From positions 2,914,001-2,978,000 of the forward strand of contig OX337232.1 in NCBI GenBank assembly GCA_946965045.2: 64,000 nucleotides of DNA, written 5' to 3'. Positions within the stretch are counted from its first letter, which is position 1. Each line of letters opens with the position of its first letter. This document shows, one piece after another, positions 50,398 through 63,224 of this stretch. The position numbers and the translations under genes were made by a program. Origin of the DNA: Epithemia pelagica (lineage: Eukaryota; Protista; Bacillariophyta). The notes beneath the pieces are model-generated. The model had not been told where the DNA came from. It made no database searches and saw only the letters and a program-made list of their open reading frames with translations.

Positions 50398-53176
50398 TCA
50401 AGGATCCACTTCAGTTGGAGACAGGACAGAGACCGTCGGTTCCAACATTTCGCGGAACCATACTCGAACACTTTCGTCTTTTGGGATAGGAAAGTCGGTA
50501 GACTTTGGCGGGCATGGAAACGCAACGGCCAGTACGCGCTGACGAATTTGAACAAATGCCGAATCCTTCTTCTTCTTCTTGGTCATTGTCAGCGTTTCCT
50601 CAATCATGGTACAAAATTCCTGCATCCCCGTGTAAGAGTACCCACTTGGCCCATGCTGTGGCGTGAAACAATGGTTCTTGTCCTCGCGCAGGTCAATCCC
50701 CAACGAATTCCACCACTTCTGGACGCGACTCGGCCCGGGCGATTCTTTTTCATTTCGGCATTGAATAAAATCCACGACTGCCCCCTCTTCATCCGCATAT
50801 AACACAATGACACCAAGCCCTTGGACACTTGGAGTTTTTTGCGAGAATACGACACAGAACTTTTCGGAAGAAGGAAGCACAAGCTTCTCTTGCTCTTTTT
50901 GTGCTCGCAACGTCTCTTTCCATTCTTGCATGTATTCCTCATCCGTGCTGTCATCCTGTGCATCGGACGCGAATGGCCACATACACTGCAGAAAATGACG
51001 CTCCGTGGAGTACCCCTGAATCTCTGCCAGCCGCAAGCAGTGCAAGGCTGTAAGCTCTTCCAACGAGTCTTCAAAGCCTGGTCGTGGTTCACAGGTCAAG
51101 CCAAAACAAGAAAGATACTTTAATGCTGAAGAGGTTTCGTGTCGTTTGGTGGCAAGGCCAAGCTCAAATATCTCTTGTACTGGCGTCCCGTTGGCGGAAA
51201 TCCAATTGTCCACATCGATAATCATTTTATCCCGGTTGGATTGAACAGCGGCAGCAAAAGAATCGTTCTCTTCTGGCTCGAGCGCAGATTTCAAGTGGAA
51301 CAAAAAGGCCCGTTCGAGAAGTCTGGATTGATCGCGAGAATCGAGACATCCGAGGACACCGGTACTGACATAAAAGCGAGGACAGTAGTCCATAAGGGCC
51401 CTAAATGAGGCAACCTCCACGAGTCTTGCGCGGCGCCGTTCATCCCTGTCATGGTCATTGAATTCCAATGCATCCATCATGAGAAATTCGTCCAATAGAA
51501 CTGTATAAACCCCCCGGAAAAGCATCCTTGCGTTGGTCCTGAATATTCTGGAATACATTCCTTTCATAATAGCATGCTGTACTACCTCGTCAATCCCTTC
51601 TGTTGCATTCAACAACTCTTTCATCTTGGGGCGCATCATGGTCACGACTTTGGCTTTCCTGGGGTCTGTACCAATTCTCCCGTCACTGCGGAGCAAGTCC
51701 AGACCAGTCCCTGTGAGAACCAGCAGCGCGTCCTTCCCAGCCAGCTCGGAGCGATAGTTTCTTGTGATTTCCCCAACACATGCCACCAAGCCAGACGCCA
51801 AGTCAAGGTCCGTTGCTTCGTCCAGGATCAAGGCCAATTTCTGCGGTCTTCGTTCCAATGGCAGATGACCCATCAACCATCGCTCTTTGAGTCCTTCACT
51901 AACACTCCTGTGATAAAGGCCGCTTCGAATCGTTTCCTTCAAGAGTTTGTCGAGGACCTTTGTTGCCCACTCATTGCGCTCCTTCCACAGTTTTGCTTCT
52001 TCGTCGGTGAAGAGAGCCCAAAAGGCTGCGTCCTCATACTGTGCTTGACAGAGGTCATGGCCAACCAGCCCGAGCAACTCACACAACTTGGGTGTCTTTG
52101 TCAGTTCCTTCGGTTTTGTTCTCAACAATTCCGACGTCATTGTCATATACAGTGGCGCAAAACCACTCGTTTTGGTCTGCAAACAAGAGTAGACATTTTT
52201 CCGCTGCCACTCTCGCCCGCGACAACCACTGCAAACGCTTCTTCGTTGTGCGTTTCGGTGGCATTTGAAAATAGTGGTTTGCATGAGCCGGCTCCACACG
52301 AATATATTCAAGCTTGGGCTGACACAGAGTACTCCATCTTGCAAAGCCAGACAATGGCAGAAGATGCTCTTCCAAGGCCTTTTCGAGTGGTGGGCGAAAA
52401 AAGTCATCAACGAAAGCCTTCCGAAAGCCATCCTTTTTTTCGAAGAATTCTGCTGCCATATCGGCCTTCGGGAAGGATATGCCTACAAAGTCCGCATCAT
52501 TTGTCTCCTGGGCTTCCTCATGGAGCCATGAGTTGATCTCGTTTTTCATTTGATCTCGGACAGAATAACGCGAAGAAAACGTTTTTTGATTCCTGTTACG
52601 TAAATGCACAAAGATAACGATCTCAGAATCATCCCGTTCCCATTCCTGGGGGATTTTGTCGACAAGGTACTCAAGAAATTCCCTTGTCGTCAGATCTTGC
52701 GTTTGGTGAGGCTGTGTCGCAGGTTCAAAACAAGGCTGATCCGAAACTGGAACGGGCGCAGCATTTTTCTTCGAAAGACTATCCAGGACTGTGGCTGCTT
52801 GCTCACAAGTTGTGATCTCACCATCAATGACTGGATGGACAAACTCGTTCCGAAAACAGTCGTCCATGGTATTTCCCAACACGCGTAGTTCTTCCCGTAA
52901 GTCTGGTTCGTAGGTCTTGATGAAATCAGTCCAGGAAGCTTCTTTCATGATTCTTAAACGACGCTTTTCGATTGCTGGTGAAGAAGAGGACGAAAACGAC
53001 CGGCTCCGTTTCCTTTCCGGCCTTTCTGAAAGCGCTGACATTCCTCGTGATCGGAAAGAATTCCTTTTATGGAAACGGACGAGAGTGTTGGTTGCTGTGA
53101 TCCCACTCGTGGCCAAACCACTCGTGGCCAAAGCCTGAAAACTCCACATCAGACTGCGTACGATTCCCGGCAACAT
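50398..53176 (-). pseudogene. P-loop NTPase with C-terminal degenerate PD-(D/E)xK-like domain (Crinkler/RHS-like architecture), two frameshifts around Walker A
   Basis: ORF 52079-53176 and ORF 50398-52431 are bridged by a third frame reading EAFAVVVAGESGSGK (about 52195-52250). Walker B LALILDEA (about 51815-51837), LVLTGTG, C-terminal QGLGVIVL..VDFIQCRN. Confidence 0.65.
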
Positions 53177-53230
53177 TCACCTCAACAACAATGATGGAAA
53201 TGGATGAAGATGGGTATGGATGGGGGTGAC

Positions 53231-53411
53231 TCACTTATTCGCGTCGTGGCAAAAAGCAAGTTCCTTATTCAACAAAAGACTAAGCTTAAGGTGCTACATT
53301 CCCTTTCCAGTACGGAGGTAATCGGTAATGACCGTTGGGCCTCATTTTTCCCCCATGACTCCCTATTACCCGTGAATCGTTGATTCCCGCTCTATCAGTC
53401 AGAATGAAACA
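53231..53411 (-). repeat. 3' LTR of element C
   Basis: Direct repeat of 59556-59736. Confidence 0.95.
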
Positions 53412-53472
53412 GTCCCCGCAAGTATCATACATGGTACGTGAATGAACTTGAAACAACAATCAAGCAAGATGC

Positions 53473-56400
53473 TTACAGGTTGTGGGCATTGGAGGAAGCG
53501 ATTACGGGTGGTCCTGAGTGTCCGAAGGCGGATGAGTACGTAAACTGGGATACCAAGGCATTGCGCCGGTCCTGTGGAAGAATTTTCGTAAAAAGGTCAG
53601 CAATGTTGGATTCGGTATCTTCTTTCCCAACGCGAAGTATACGGGCGGCAGCGGCTTCGCGGACTGCGTGGTAGTTAATGGCGTTGTGTCGCTTGGAGAG
53701 GATAGACGAGGGAATACTGGTGTTCTTGACGACTCCACGATTATCGCACATGACATCGGCGGGCTCTGGCACAGGAACACCGAACATTCGTAATTTATAG
53801 CGGAGGGCGACAATCATTTCCTTCGCAATCCGCATGGCAACGAACTTGCTCCCAAAGCTAGATGTCTTGACGGTGTTCTGCCTCTTGGAGAACCACAAGA
53901 TGGGTGCATTTTGGACGAAAATCAAGACTCCACTGTGGGAGCGCCGAGTCACCAGGTTGCCCGCATGGTCGGCATCAACGAAGCAAGTGATCTTGACTGG
54001 CCTCCCGAGTGGTTCAGGCATGGTAGCGGGTAGTTCTTCTGCGACGTCGCCATAGAATTCCCGCCATTCATCAACCGGTACTTGTGCAAAACAGGTCTCA
54101 TCAATTCGCACGTCCTTTGGGTCGAAGACAATCTTGAGTTTCAGGTGCCTCTTGAGGAATGCAAAAATGTGGTACACGGCTTTGAGATGCCCGACCCTTG
54201 GATTGGCCAAATACTGGGACATGATAGATACCTCGAGGTAAATATCAACACGTCCAAGTTCAACGGCCCACCGTAAAATACCAATCAGCTGTTGAAACCT
54301 GGTAGTGCCCTCTGGCCCCAGTTCGGGACTCGTGTCTAGCTCAGGCTTATATGAGGATATGACCGGCACCTTCGCTGTGGTTTTAAGGTGCTTGCCGTCC
54401 CCGTCTTTCTCCAACATATCCTCGACAATTCGCACAGCATTGGTAATATATTTCTCACTTGTCATCCCCCAAGCCCAGCTACCATCCGGTAGGCTATGTT
54501 TGTAGATCTGTGCCCCAAGGTACACACTGGGCTCGCCTGTGCTGCCTGCCTTAATCTTGTAATGACTGTCTATTTTGTCAAGAACAGGCTGTGGTTTCTC
54601 ACTGACCAATAGGATATCGTCAACGTAGACCAATATTAGCTCGTAGTATTGCTCGCCCGACTCGCGCTTGGCCTTCCTTCTCAACACGCAAGGGTCTGCT
54701 CTCGTGTCTGCAAAGCCCATGTCGTACAGAGTATTCATCAAGGTCGCTCTCCAGCTCGCGCCCGATGACTTCAGCCCGTACAATGCTCTGGTCATAACAC
54801 ACACTTTCACTTTGTCCTCCGTACCTACCTCAGAGCCACCTAGGAACCACACTTTCTCACGGCACGGCGCGTTTAGGTAGGCGTTACCAATATCGCACGC
54901 CAGGATGTTCAACCCATTCAACGCTGCAATCAAAAATGCCACTCGTATTGAGTCCCTGCTGACCACACTTGAGTAGATTAGACTAGCCGGTGCGTCCGTC
55001 ATGTGGCCACCCGCGACCAGCCGTGCTTTTCTTGTTAGGTCCATCTTGATGTCGAACACCATGTGACACTTAATTTCGGTGTAACCGACCAATTGTCGCC
55101 CGGCACGCACTTCCCCCAAATCGAGATCTTCTCGTGATTCCCAGGATACATTAACTACTTTTAGTTCTTTCTCGATTGCCCTAGCCCAATAGTCGGTTCC
55201 CGTCTCCTTGTCGATCGCGAGTGCTTCATCAACCGAGTGCGGCAATCGAATTCCGAACTTTTCCGTCGTCTTCCAGTATTTCTTCTTTACCTTGTTAATC
55301 ACCCTACGCATATGATTAAATGTCTGCGGAACCCACCAGTGGAACGCCGGCTCGTTCTCTATTCCTTGGGCCACCGCGTATTCCGCTAGATCGATTGGAT
55401 ATCCGTCCTTGACATCTTTCAAGGGCATCCATACTTGCGAACCATCCATGAGTTCGACTGCGATCTGCCAACCCTTTGTCGTCCTCTTTGGGTGCTTGTT
55501 TCCATTCTGCCCCAGAATGAATCCTTCGTCTCGTGGGACCGCGTCCCCGTCTTTCCTGTGCCCCACGATTTCCTTGACTAGCAAGAATTCCTTGCCCTCG
55601 TCATCGATCTTGGCAAACAGGTTCTCTGCGACGACGTTCGCAGTATACTCGTGGATTATCCCGCCAGGAAACTTGACTTCGTAAGTACGCGTATCGAACA
55701 GAGGATTCTTATTTCTTCTACCGATGGGCTTTCCATCTAACCCTTTCTGCCTTTTCACCACGGTTCCGATTATCTCTTCCCCACCAAAATCCATCTTTAT
55801 TTGGGCTCCGACATATTCATCATACGCGTTTCCCATCACATCGGCTTCTGGCTTCGCCTCTTGAACCATCTTGCTATACTCTTCATCGGACGGGACGAGT
55901 CCCCGTCTTCTCCATTCCTCTTCCTCGACCTCCACGTCCTCGAGGTACCCTGGTTTTCCGTCGCTGTCGTCGGTGAAGTTTGCATCATTCAGCCTTTCCA
56001 CAACAATCAACTGGAATTCTTTCATCTTTTGGCGGATCTCCTCTCGCTCCTGATCGGCCTTGGTTATGTGTTGAACGGTGGTCCTTGCTACGACCTTCCC
56101 GGATTTGGTCAAAATCCAGTAGCAGAGATCGCTTCCGACTCGGTGGGCGACACCCAGCCAGTACCCTAGGTGTGCTTGCTCCTCTGTGGCGTCCGACTTC
56201 TGGTTGGTATGGTACCATACCATGTCGAAAAACTCGAAATCAATCCACTCGGATATGTCTGGGGTCTCCCCAGTGAGTCGTTCAATGCCGGAACGGCCGT
56301 CGTGTCCCCGGGCGACTCGACTGAGGAGACCAGCCTCATACACCAGGCCATAATCCCAAAGTCTGGTCGGAATCTTTCGGTCCTGCATGCGTTGCCGCCA

Positions 56401-56511
56401 CCGTTGTTTCAACAATCCGATTTCCCTTTCGGCCTTGTGATTCTGCTTACCAGTCCCTTTTTCTGCCCAATGCATGCCGATGCGGTGGTAGCGGGATAGC
56501 TTGTGAAACAA
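53473..56511 (-). pseudogene. pol: pol of element C (integrase C-half, chromo-like segment, RT, RNase H)
   Basis: QNHKAEREI, RLWDY, HMVFDIKMDLTRKARLVAGG, YVDD intact; RNase H VDADHAG, SFGSKF (E to K), CDN, ADLFTK. Frameshifted from the upstream part at a G-run near 56520. Confidence 0.9.
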
Positions 56512-57050
56512 GGTGTTTCCCCCTGCTGCTCTCCGGCTAAGTCAGCTGTGAGCTTGTCCGGAACGCCAACTTGATCTATAAAGTCGGCAAGAGCTTGCCC
56601 AGCGTGTGCTTTAGATGTCATAGGATAAACAGCGGTAAAACCACCGTCGGTGAAAACTTGGGCACATTTGTTTCCTGACAGCGATAGGGTCTTACTGAAA
56701 AGGGTGTCCGTGTATAGTTGGGTGCTCAAACGATTTCGGTGCAATGCTAGATTGTCTACCCGGTATCGACGCGTAATGGGTGCAACAGCAGTCCGGATCC
56801 CCTGCTGGGTGGTCACACGGAGGGTGTTCCGGGCGGCACCAAGTCCAATTTTCCATTTGCGACTCAGCGATTCCGCAGATATGCCCAAGTGCCTGGACGT
56901 CTCCAATTGCGAGACCGACGCTAGCTCGCGTCCGATCCCGGTTGGTTCAAGGATTGAGGACACGTGTCCAATATCCGCAACTGCCACACCGTACGCTTCT
57001 TCGTCGGACTCGCACCGGGTTGTGACAGATCTACGTGCTTTGGGTCCCAC
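56409..57050 (-). pseudogene. pol: Integrase N-half of element C (between two -1 frameshifts)
   Basis: LSRKWKIGLGAARNTLRVTTQQGIR, LYTDTLFS, GVPDKLTADLAGEQ. Confidence 0.85.
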
Positions 57051-59522
57051 GTTTCTTGCCTAGTTAAGACAACATGAGGTAGCTGCTCTATTTCCCGATG
57101 ACTAGGTGCTCGGGACTCGAAATAGATTGTAGTGCCTTGATTCGAGAATGGAATAAAGATACCATCGGCCCAAATGCCGAAGCCTTCCTCCCCCTGGCGT
57201 GTCGGGTCGTCACGGACCACGTGTCCCGCGTGACGGATCTGATTTTGATTCAACAAAGTTTTCCCCAACTTGGATCCGAACCACAACATTTGGTGCCCCA
57301 CAACAATCGTCTCGACGCCAGTCTTCTCTTCTCGGATCAATGTTGCACAAGTTGCAACGGGCACGTACTGTGTGCCTACTTGGTTTCCGGCAAAGTCGTT
57401 GACGGAGCATTCCACCCCTGTTGTCTCCATCAGCGTCCAGTTGGCCCCAGCACAACACGTGTCCGCCATGGTGTCCATTTCGTTTCGCCCCTTCATCATG
57501 CCATCCGACTCTGCATTCAACAACCAACCCTGTTCTACCTTTCCAACGAATCTGCGTGGTCCACAGGTGACGATAGACACTCCTCGTCCCTCGTCGGCAC
57601 CGGCATATGCCCCAGCTCCGTAGCGGCGCCCGTTGGTGCTACCTCGGTCGCCCGTTCCTTCCGCGGCCCGTTCCCCCTCGCCACCATGGCCTCCGTCCTG
57701 TCGATTCTCGTCAGTTTCGACCGCGCCGACATCCCGGCCGCCACGTCCCCCGCCATTGCCTCGACCACCGTTGCCTTGTCCGCCGCGCCCACGGCCGCCT
57801 CTACCACCACGGCCTGGTGCGCCGTTCGTCGGAGGCAGTTGTCCTCTAAGGCGCGCACGTTCATCAAACACGTAGCGTTGTCCTGTCACGCCCAAGGTTG
57901 CCATCTCATGGGTAGTGAAGCGCCGATTAACATCGGTGACGTCCACACCGTACAAAGTATACACCCCGTTGGAATGGCTGAGGCCCTGAATGTGACGCGG
58001 GCATCTGTTGGCCTCAGAAACGAAGCGGTGTCGATTCTGGCGTGTCCCCCCAAGAACCGCCTGCGGGAACAACTCAGCCACTTCGGTCGAAATGTAGGAG
58101 ATGGCAGCTTGCAGGTCAGAGCGGTGATTACTGCGGACGTGACCTTTGATCACTGCAAACTCGGGGGTACTGATCTTGATGTTGTCAAGCAAGATCTTGA
58201 CTTGATTGGACGCTGTGCGACGATTGTCAGTGGACTCGAGGGTACGAAAGGCACGCAACAACTTGGCGGAATACACATCAAAACTAAAGATGCGTTCATT
58301 ATTATAGAAGATGTTTTCTAAAACAGCCTCAGCCTTGATGATACATTTTTCTTTCTGGCCGCCCCCGTCGTAGTGAGCAACAAGGGCAAGCCAAGCTCCA
58401 CGGCTGTCTTGGGATCCTTGGAAAGGTTGGATCCATGTAGCTTGTTGGTCCTTGACGAGATCGCTCAAAAGGTGATATACTTGACGGTTGTCTTCTCGAT
58501 AGAAAGCTCCTCGAAGAGGGTAGCTATACATCTCTTGCTCACGGGCAGTCGTAAAGACGTGCCCCGGTGCAACATCGGGACGAATGACATAATCAATCGC
58601 TACCTTCTGTTTTCCCATGACGTTCGATAGATACGTCGGGAACTCCAAACTCCACTCTTCCCAGTTTTCCTCTTTGAGAACGTCGGGCTTGATGTCCGGC
58701 GACGTATCATTGTTGTCAGCTATCTCCATAGCATCCAGGGCAGTGGATAGCGCCAAGACGTCAAATTCTCCCGCGAGGATGACATGACCCTGACGTCGAG
58801 CCCGTCCGGCCCAAAAACAGAGGCCTTGAATGTTCAAGACGACGCCAGTCGGAATGCTGACCGGGGGATTCCGTTTCTCCAAGCGCGAAGCAAGTTGGGA
58901 AACGTCATCGGGCCCCATCCTTCCGAACACAAGCATCGTATTAAGCCTCTCCGTCACTTCAAGTGCGTAAATTTCTTGAGGACTTGCTCCACACACTGTT
59001 AACTGTTAGGGCCATGCCTACGGCGGATAGAGGTGCAGCCCCACCGGGCAATCCACCTCCTCCGCCACCTCCTGGCGCTCCTGGTGCTCTTCCCGGCGCT
59101 CCTGGTGCTCCTCCGTGACCACCACCGCCGGCACCACCGGCACCACCAGCGCCTCCTCCGGCACCACCACCGGCACCTCCACCAGCGCCTCCTCCGGCGC
59201 CTCCTCCAGTACTACCATGAGTACCGCCTGCGGTGCCCCCAGCACCTCCGACAGCGCTACCACCAGCGCCCATGTATGCGGTGCCCCTAGCACCTCCGAC
59301 AGCCCCGCCGTGGGACCCATGTCCAGCGTGTCCGCTGGTTCCTGCACTTCCGCTGGCGCCATCGCCAGGGTTTCCAGGACCGCTCATACGAGCATCCGTC
59401 CCATTGGTTGAAGAACCGTTGGGCACGGCGTTCTTCGGGATTCCTCCGTCCTTCGGATTCCCCTTCGCGGTGTTCACACCGTTCTTCGTCGTAGAGCGCG
59501 TCGTCGTCGTCATCTTTCTCAC
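56921..59522 (-). pseudogene. gag: Gag-protease of element C, split by a 7-bp duplication at 58995-59008
   Basis: Gly/Ala-rich N-terminus (ORF 58959-59522) joins ORF 56921-58996 as MALTVCGASPQE once one ACTGTTA copy is removed. RGG-rich C-terminus; protease EMDTMADTCCAG. Confidence 0.85.
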
Positions 59523-59538
59523 CTTATCCGTCTTCCGT

Positions 59539-59555
59539 CAGTGGGTCTGATAAAC
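59539..59555 (-). promoter_or_regulatory. Primer binding site of element C (GTTTATCAGACCCACTG)
   Basis: Directly after the 5' LTR on the minus strand; identical 17-mer to the PBS of element A. Confidence 0.85.
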
Positions 59556-59736
59556 TCACTTATTCGCGTCGTGGCAAAAAGCAAGTTCCTTATTCAACAA
59601 AAGACTAAGCTTAAGGTGCTACATTCCCTTTCCAGTACGGAGGTAATCGGTAATGACCGTTGGGCCTCATTTTTCTCCCATGACTCCCTATTACCCGTGA
59701 ATCGTTGATTCCCGCTCTATCAGTCAGAATGAAACA
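59556..59736 (-). repeat. 5' LTR of element C
   Basis: Direct repeat of 53231-53411; begins TGTTTC and ends AAGTGA on the minus strand. Confidence 0.95.
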
Positions 59737-59957
59737 TGACATCGTCATCGTCGTGGACTGACTGGCTTCAAAAGCGATCGACGAACCCCAAACCGCGACC
59801 GGAATGCCATTTCAGTCGCTCTTAATGAGAACGACTTTGGGGCCATGGCATTTTTGGCCGCACCGCTTGTTTCTTGTTGCCCCGTCCGTGTATCGTTGAT
59901 CCAACAAAAGTCGCGGTCGAATCCTCTCGAGCCACGCAATCGATAGTAGAAAGTATT

Positions 59958-60531
59958 ATGAGCGATCCGGTCGTTTGGAAGCATATTGGATTGCACGGCG
60001 ATGCGGTGGGCACCTTTGTGTGCGAAGAGCATCGGATTGTTTGGAAATCAGCCATTACCGGTGGATCCAATGACGATATCGCCATGGCCATGACACGAAG
60101 TCTACCCGCCAAGGCATTGAAACGTGCCTATTGGACCATCGTGGGGCAATCGGGCCATGTTCGAATTCAAACCACCGGAGAAAATCTCAAACATGAATAT
60201 CGGTTTGATGGCTTTCCTCTCAAAGATATGCAAGTACTGGAACGAGCCTTGCAAGAACGCTACAGCATTTCCTTGACACCCCTCAATTTATCGGCTTCGG
60301 GAGCGCAATATGGATTGACCAATGTATCTCGAAAAAATCTTGTCTTTCGTCATTGTGTCTTGGACGAAATGAATGAAGAGGGACAAGAATTTGAACCACG
60401 CGCCGAAGATGAAATGATGTCCCTCGATTTGGCTGAAGTGAGTCAATGTGTCTTGCCCGGTAACAATCGGAATGAAATTGAAGTCCAATTTCCCGAATCC
60501 GATGCCGTCGAAGCCGGAACCGATCAATTGG
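59958..60531 (+). CDS. SSRP1: FACT complex subunit SSRP1, exon 1
   Basis: ATG at 59958; YRFDGFP, MSLDLAEVSQC...NRNEIEVQF; donor GTACGT at 60532. Confidence 0.85.
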
Positions 60532-60676
60532 GTACGTTCTGGTCTGTCGTTTTGGTTGTTGTGTGGTAAAATGGTGCCTGTGGACGAAGGATGTCTCGAT
60601 TCTCATGAATGGATCCGGATTTCATTCTTGCATATTGCGGCTCTTCATTCTTTTTGTCTTTTTGTTACTGTTGCAG

Positions 60677-62645
60677 TTTCCATTCGCATGTACATTCCTC
60701 CTGATCCGGACACGGATACGGCCGACAAGACAGCGTCTACCGCGGCCGAAATTTTGCAACAAGAAATCATGGCCACGGCCAACATTCGCAAAACGACCGG
60801 TGATGTGCTGGTGAGTTTCTCACAAGACAAGGGTACCTTCTTGACTCCCCGTGGTCGTTATGCCATTGAATTGTATGATGTCTCGTTACGGATGCGGGGA
60901 CAAAAGTACGATTACAAAATCAAATACGACGATATCAATCGCTTGTTTTTATTGCCCAAACCCGATGAAGTACACATGGCCTTTGTGATTGCCCTCGACA
61001 AACCCATTCGGCAAGGTCAACAGCGATATCATTGTCTGGTATTACAAGTGAGCAAGGAACAAGATGAAGTGACGGTCAACTTGGATGAAGACACCTTGCA
61101 AAAGGAATACGACGGTGAATTACAGCCCGTCATGAGGGGCGCCTTGTCCAATCTCATTGCCAAAACCTTCAAGATTATCGCTCAGAAAAAAGTCTTTATT
61201 CCGGGAAAATTTGCCAATGCCAATCAACAAGCCTGCGTCAAGTGTGCTGTACGGGCCAATGAAGGCTTTTTGTATCCATTGGAGAAACAATTTGTCTTTA
61301 TTCACAAACCGGCCATTTTGGTTCGTTTCAATGAAGTCGAGTCGGTCGAATTCCAACGCTACGCCGGTGGTCAAGGTTCGACGCGCAACTTTGATTTGTG
61401 TGTCAACCTCAAAAACAGTGTCACCGGCGGCGGTGGTACCGCCGGGCAAGTCAAGGAGTACATTTTCTCTGGTATTGATCGGAGTGACTATGCCGGCTTG
61501 TACAACTTTTTGTCCAGTAAAAAGATTGCCATTAAGAATTTGGAGGGAGGCCTCAATGACAATCCCACAGCCAAGGCGCCCGTGTACAATGAAGATGAAA
61601 TCTACGGTGGGCCGGATGATGGCATGGAGGAAGAATCCGATGACGAGGACTTTGATGAGGCTGCCGCGGCGGAAGAAGAAGCAGAACAAAAGGGGTCGGA
61701 TGATAGCGAAGAGGATATGGATGATGACGAACTCGGATCGGAAATTGATGATGACCTGGATTCTGATTTGGAGGATATCCGCAAAAAGGAGGGCAAGTCG
61801 TCCAAGAAGTCCTCCAAGAAATCCAAGAAGGACGACGACGAGGATGACGATGAGGACGAAGAAGAAAGTTCGCCCAAGAAACGCAAAAAGGGCAAGAAAG
61901 ATCCCAATGCTCCTAAAAAGGCGCAAACTGCCTATATTTTGTACGCCACCAAGATGCGCGCCTCCGTGAAAGCGGAGAATCCGGACCTTGGGTTTGGTGA
62001 TCTTACCAAACTAGTATCCGAAAACTTCAAAAAGCTGAGTCCGGAAGAACGCAAAAAATGGGACGATCGCGCCGAAAAAGATAAACAACGGTACAAGACG
62101 GAAATGGCTTCGTACGAACCACCAGATGACGGTTCTGATGAAGAGGACGAGGCCCCCAAGAAAAAGGCAAAGAAAGATCCCAATGCACCCAAACGCGGCA
62201 AGTCGTCGTATTTCTTTTACATGGATGCAATGCGCGACAAGGTCAAACAGGACAACCCTGAAGCCAGCTTTTCGGAAATTGGCAAACTCCTTGGTGCAGG
62301 ATGGAAGAAACTCTCCAGCGATGAAAAGGCAAAGTATGAGAAAATGGCAGAAAAGGACAAGCAACGCTACCAAAAGGAAATGGCAGGATATACGAAACCA
62401 GCTTCAGCAAGCCCCAAGAAAAAGGGAGTCCAAAAGAAGCAAAAAGATCCCAATGCTCCCAAACGAGCACAAAACGCTTTTCTGTTCTTCTCACAGGAAA
62501 TGCGTCCCAAACTTAAACAAGAAGATCCCAAAATGGCCACAACAGAAGTCGGCAAGAAATTAGGTCAGTTATTCAAGGAACTGTCACCGTCGGCCAAGGA
62601 AAAATACGAACGCAAGGCCGCGAAAGACAAGGAACGCTACAAGAG
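60677..62645 (+). CDS. SSRP1: SSRP1, exon 2 (middle PH domains, acidic region, three HMG boxes)
   Basis: Intron 60532-60676 joins DQL-V-SIRMY. FLTPRGRYAIELY, DYKIKYDDINRLFLLPKPD, LDKPIRQGQQRY, GFLYPLEKQFVFIHKP are SSRP1 hallmarks. Donor GTAAGT at 62646. Confidence 0.95.
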
Positions 62646-62732
62646 GTAAGTGCTGGGTAGATGGATGCGGTTTTGTGCGTGTGGGAAGGAATGCAATCTT
62701 TACTAAAACCTTGATACTCCCTCTTTCTTCAG

Positions 62733-62946
62733 AGAGTTGGCGGCGTACAACAAATCCAAGTCCAAAGACGATGACGACGACGACGATGATGATGATGATG
62801 ACGACGAAGAGGAGGAAGCGACACCACGGAAAACAAAGGGTAAAGCTTCAAAGGCGAAGCAGGAAGAAGACAGCGATGAAAGTGAAAGTTCCTCTGAGGA
62901 TGATGACGGTGATAGTGATAGTGATGATGACGACGACGATGACTGA
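62733..62946 (+). CDS. SSRP1: SSRP1, exon 3 (end of HMG box 3 and acidic tail)
   Basis: Intron 62646-62732 joins RYK-R-ELAAY in frame; stop TGA ends at 62946. Confidence 0.85.
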
Positions 62947-63224
62947 GCATATCCCCCGACGCTTCCTTGAATGAGTGTACTGTTGACATTCAGAGGTTGT
63001 TTCATGTATCCAAACAACGGCTTTCACCGAAATCTCCTTGAAAGGAACAACTTATTCAACCACGGTCATTTGGGCGATCACCACTTGAGGCCGTATGCTA
63101 ACATAGATGTAAATCATAGGGACAAAATATACTTGCTCAAAGCATTGAGTGATGTGGCTTAATTAGCGGATCTAGTAGAGTGCATCTAATGAACTTGGGG
63201 AATCAAAGCGAGGAATTGTTGGAT

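Larger units (their letters stand above)
53231..59736 (-). mobile_element. Ty1/copia (CoDi-type) LTR retrotransposon C, full length, frameshifted
   Basis: 181-bp LTRs at 53231-53411 and 59556-59736 with 1 mismatch, TSD TGAC (53227-53230 and 59737-59740), PBS at 59555-59539, PPT GCGGGGAC on the minus strand at 53419-53412. Confidence 0.95.

Noticed and set aside
51574-52536. 320-aa plus-strand ORF
   Set aside because: Antisense to the NTPase-like gene.
56505-57050. The two -1 frameshifts in element C taken as programmed frameshifts
   Set aside because: They fall inside pol rather than at the gag/pol junction, one is in a G homopolymer, and no slippery heptamer was seen; mutation or sequencing error is more likely.
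57098-58321. 407-aa plus-strand ORF
   Set aside because: Antisense to the GC-rich gag of element C; no recognisable domain.
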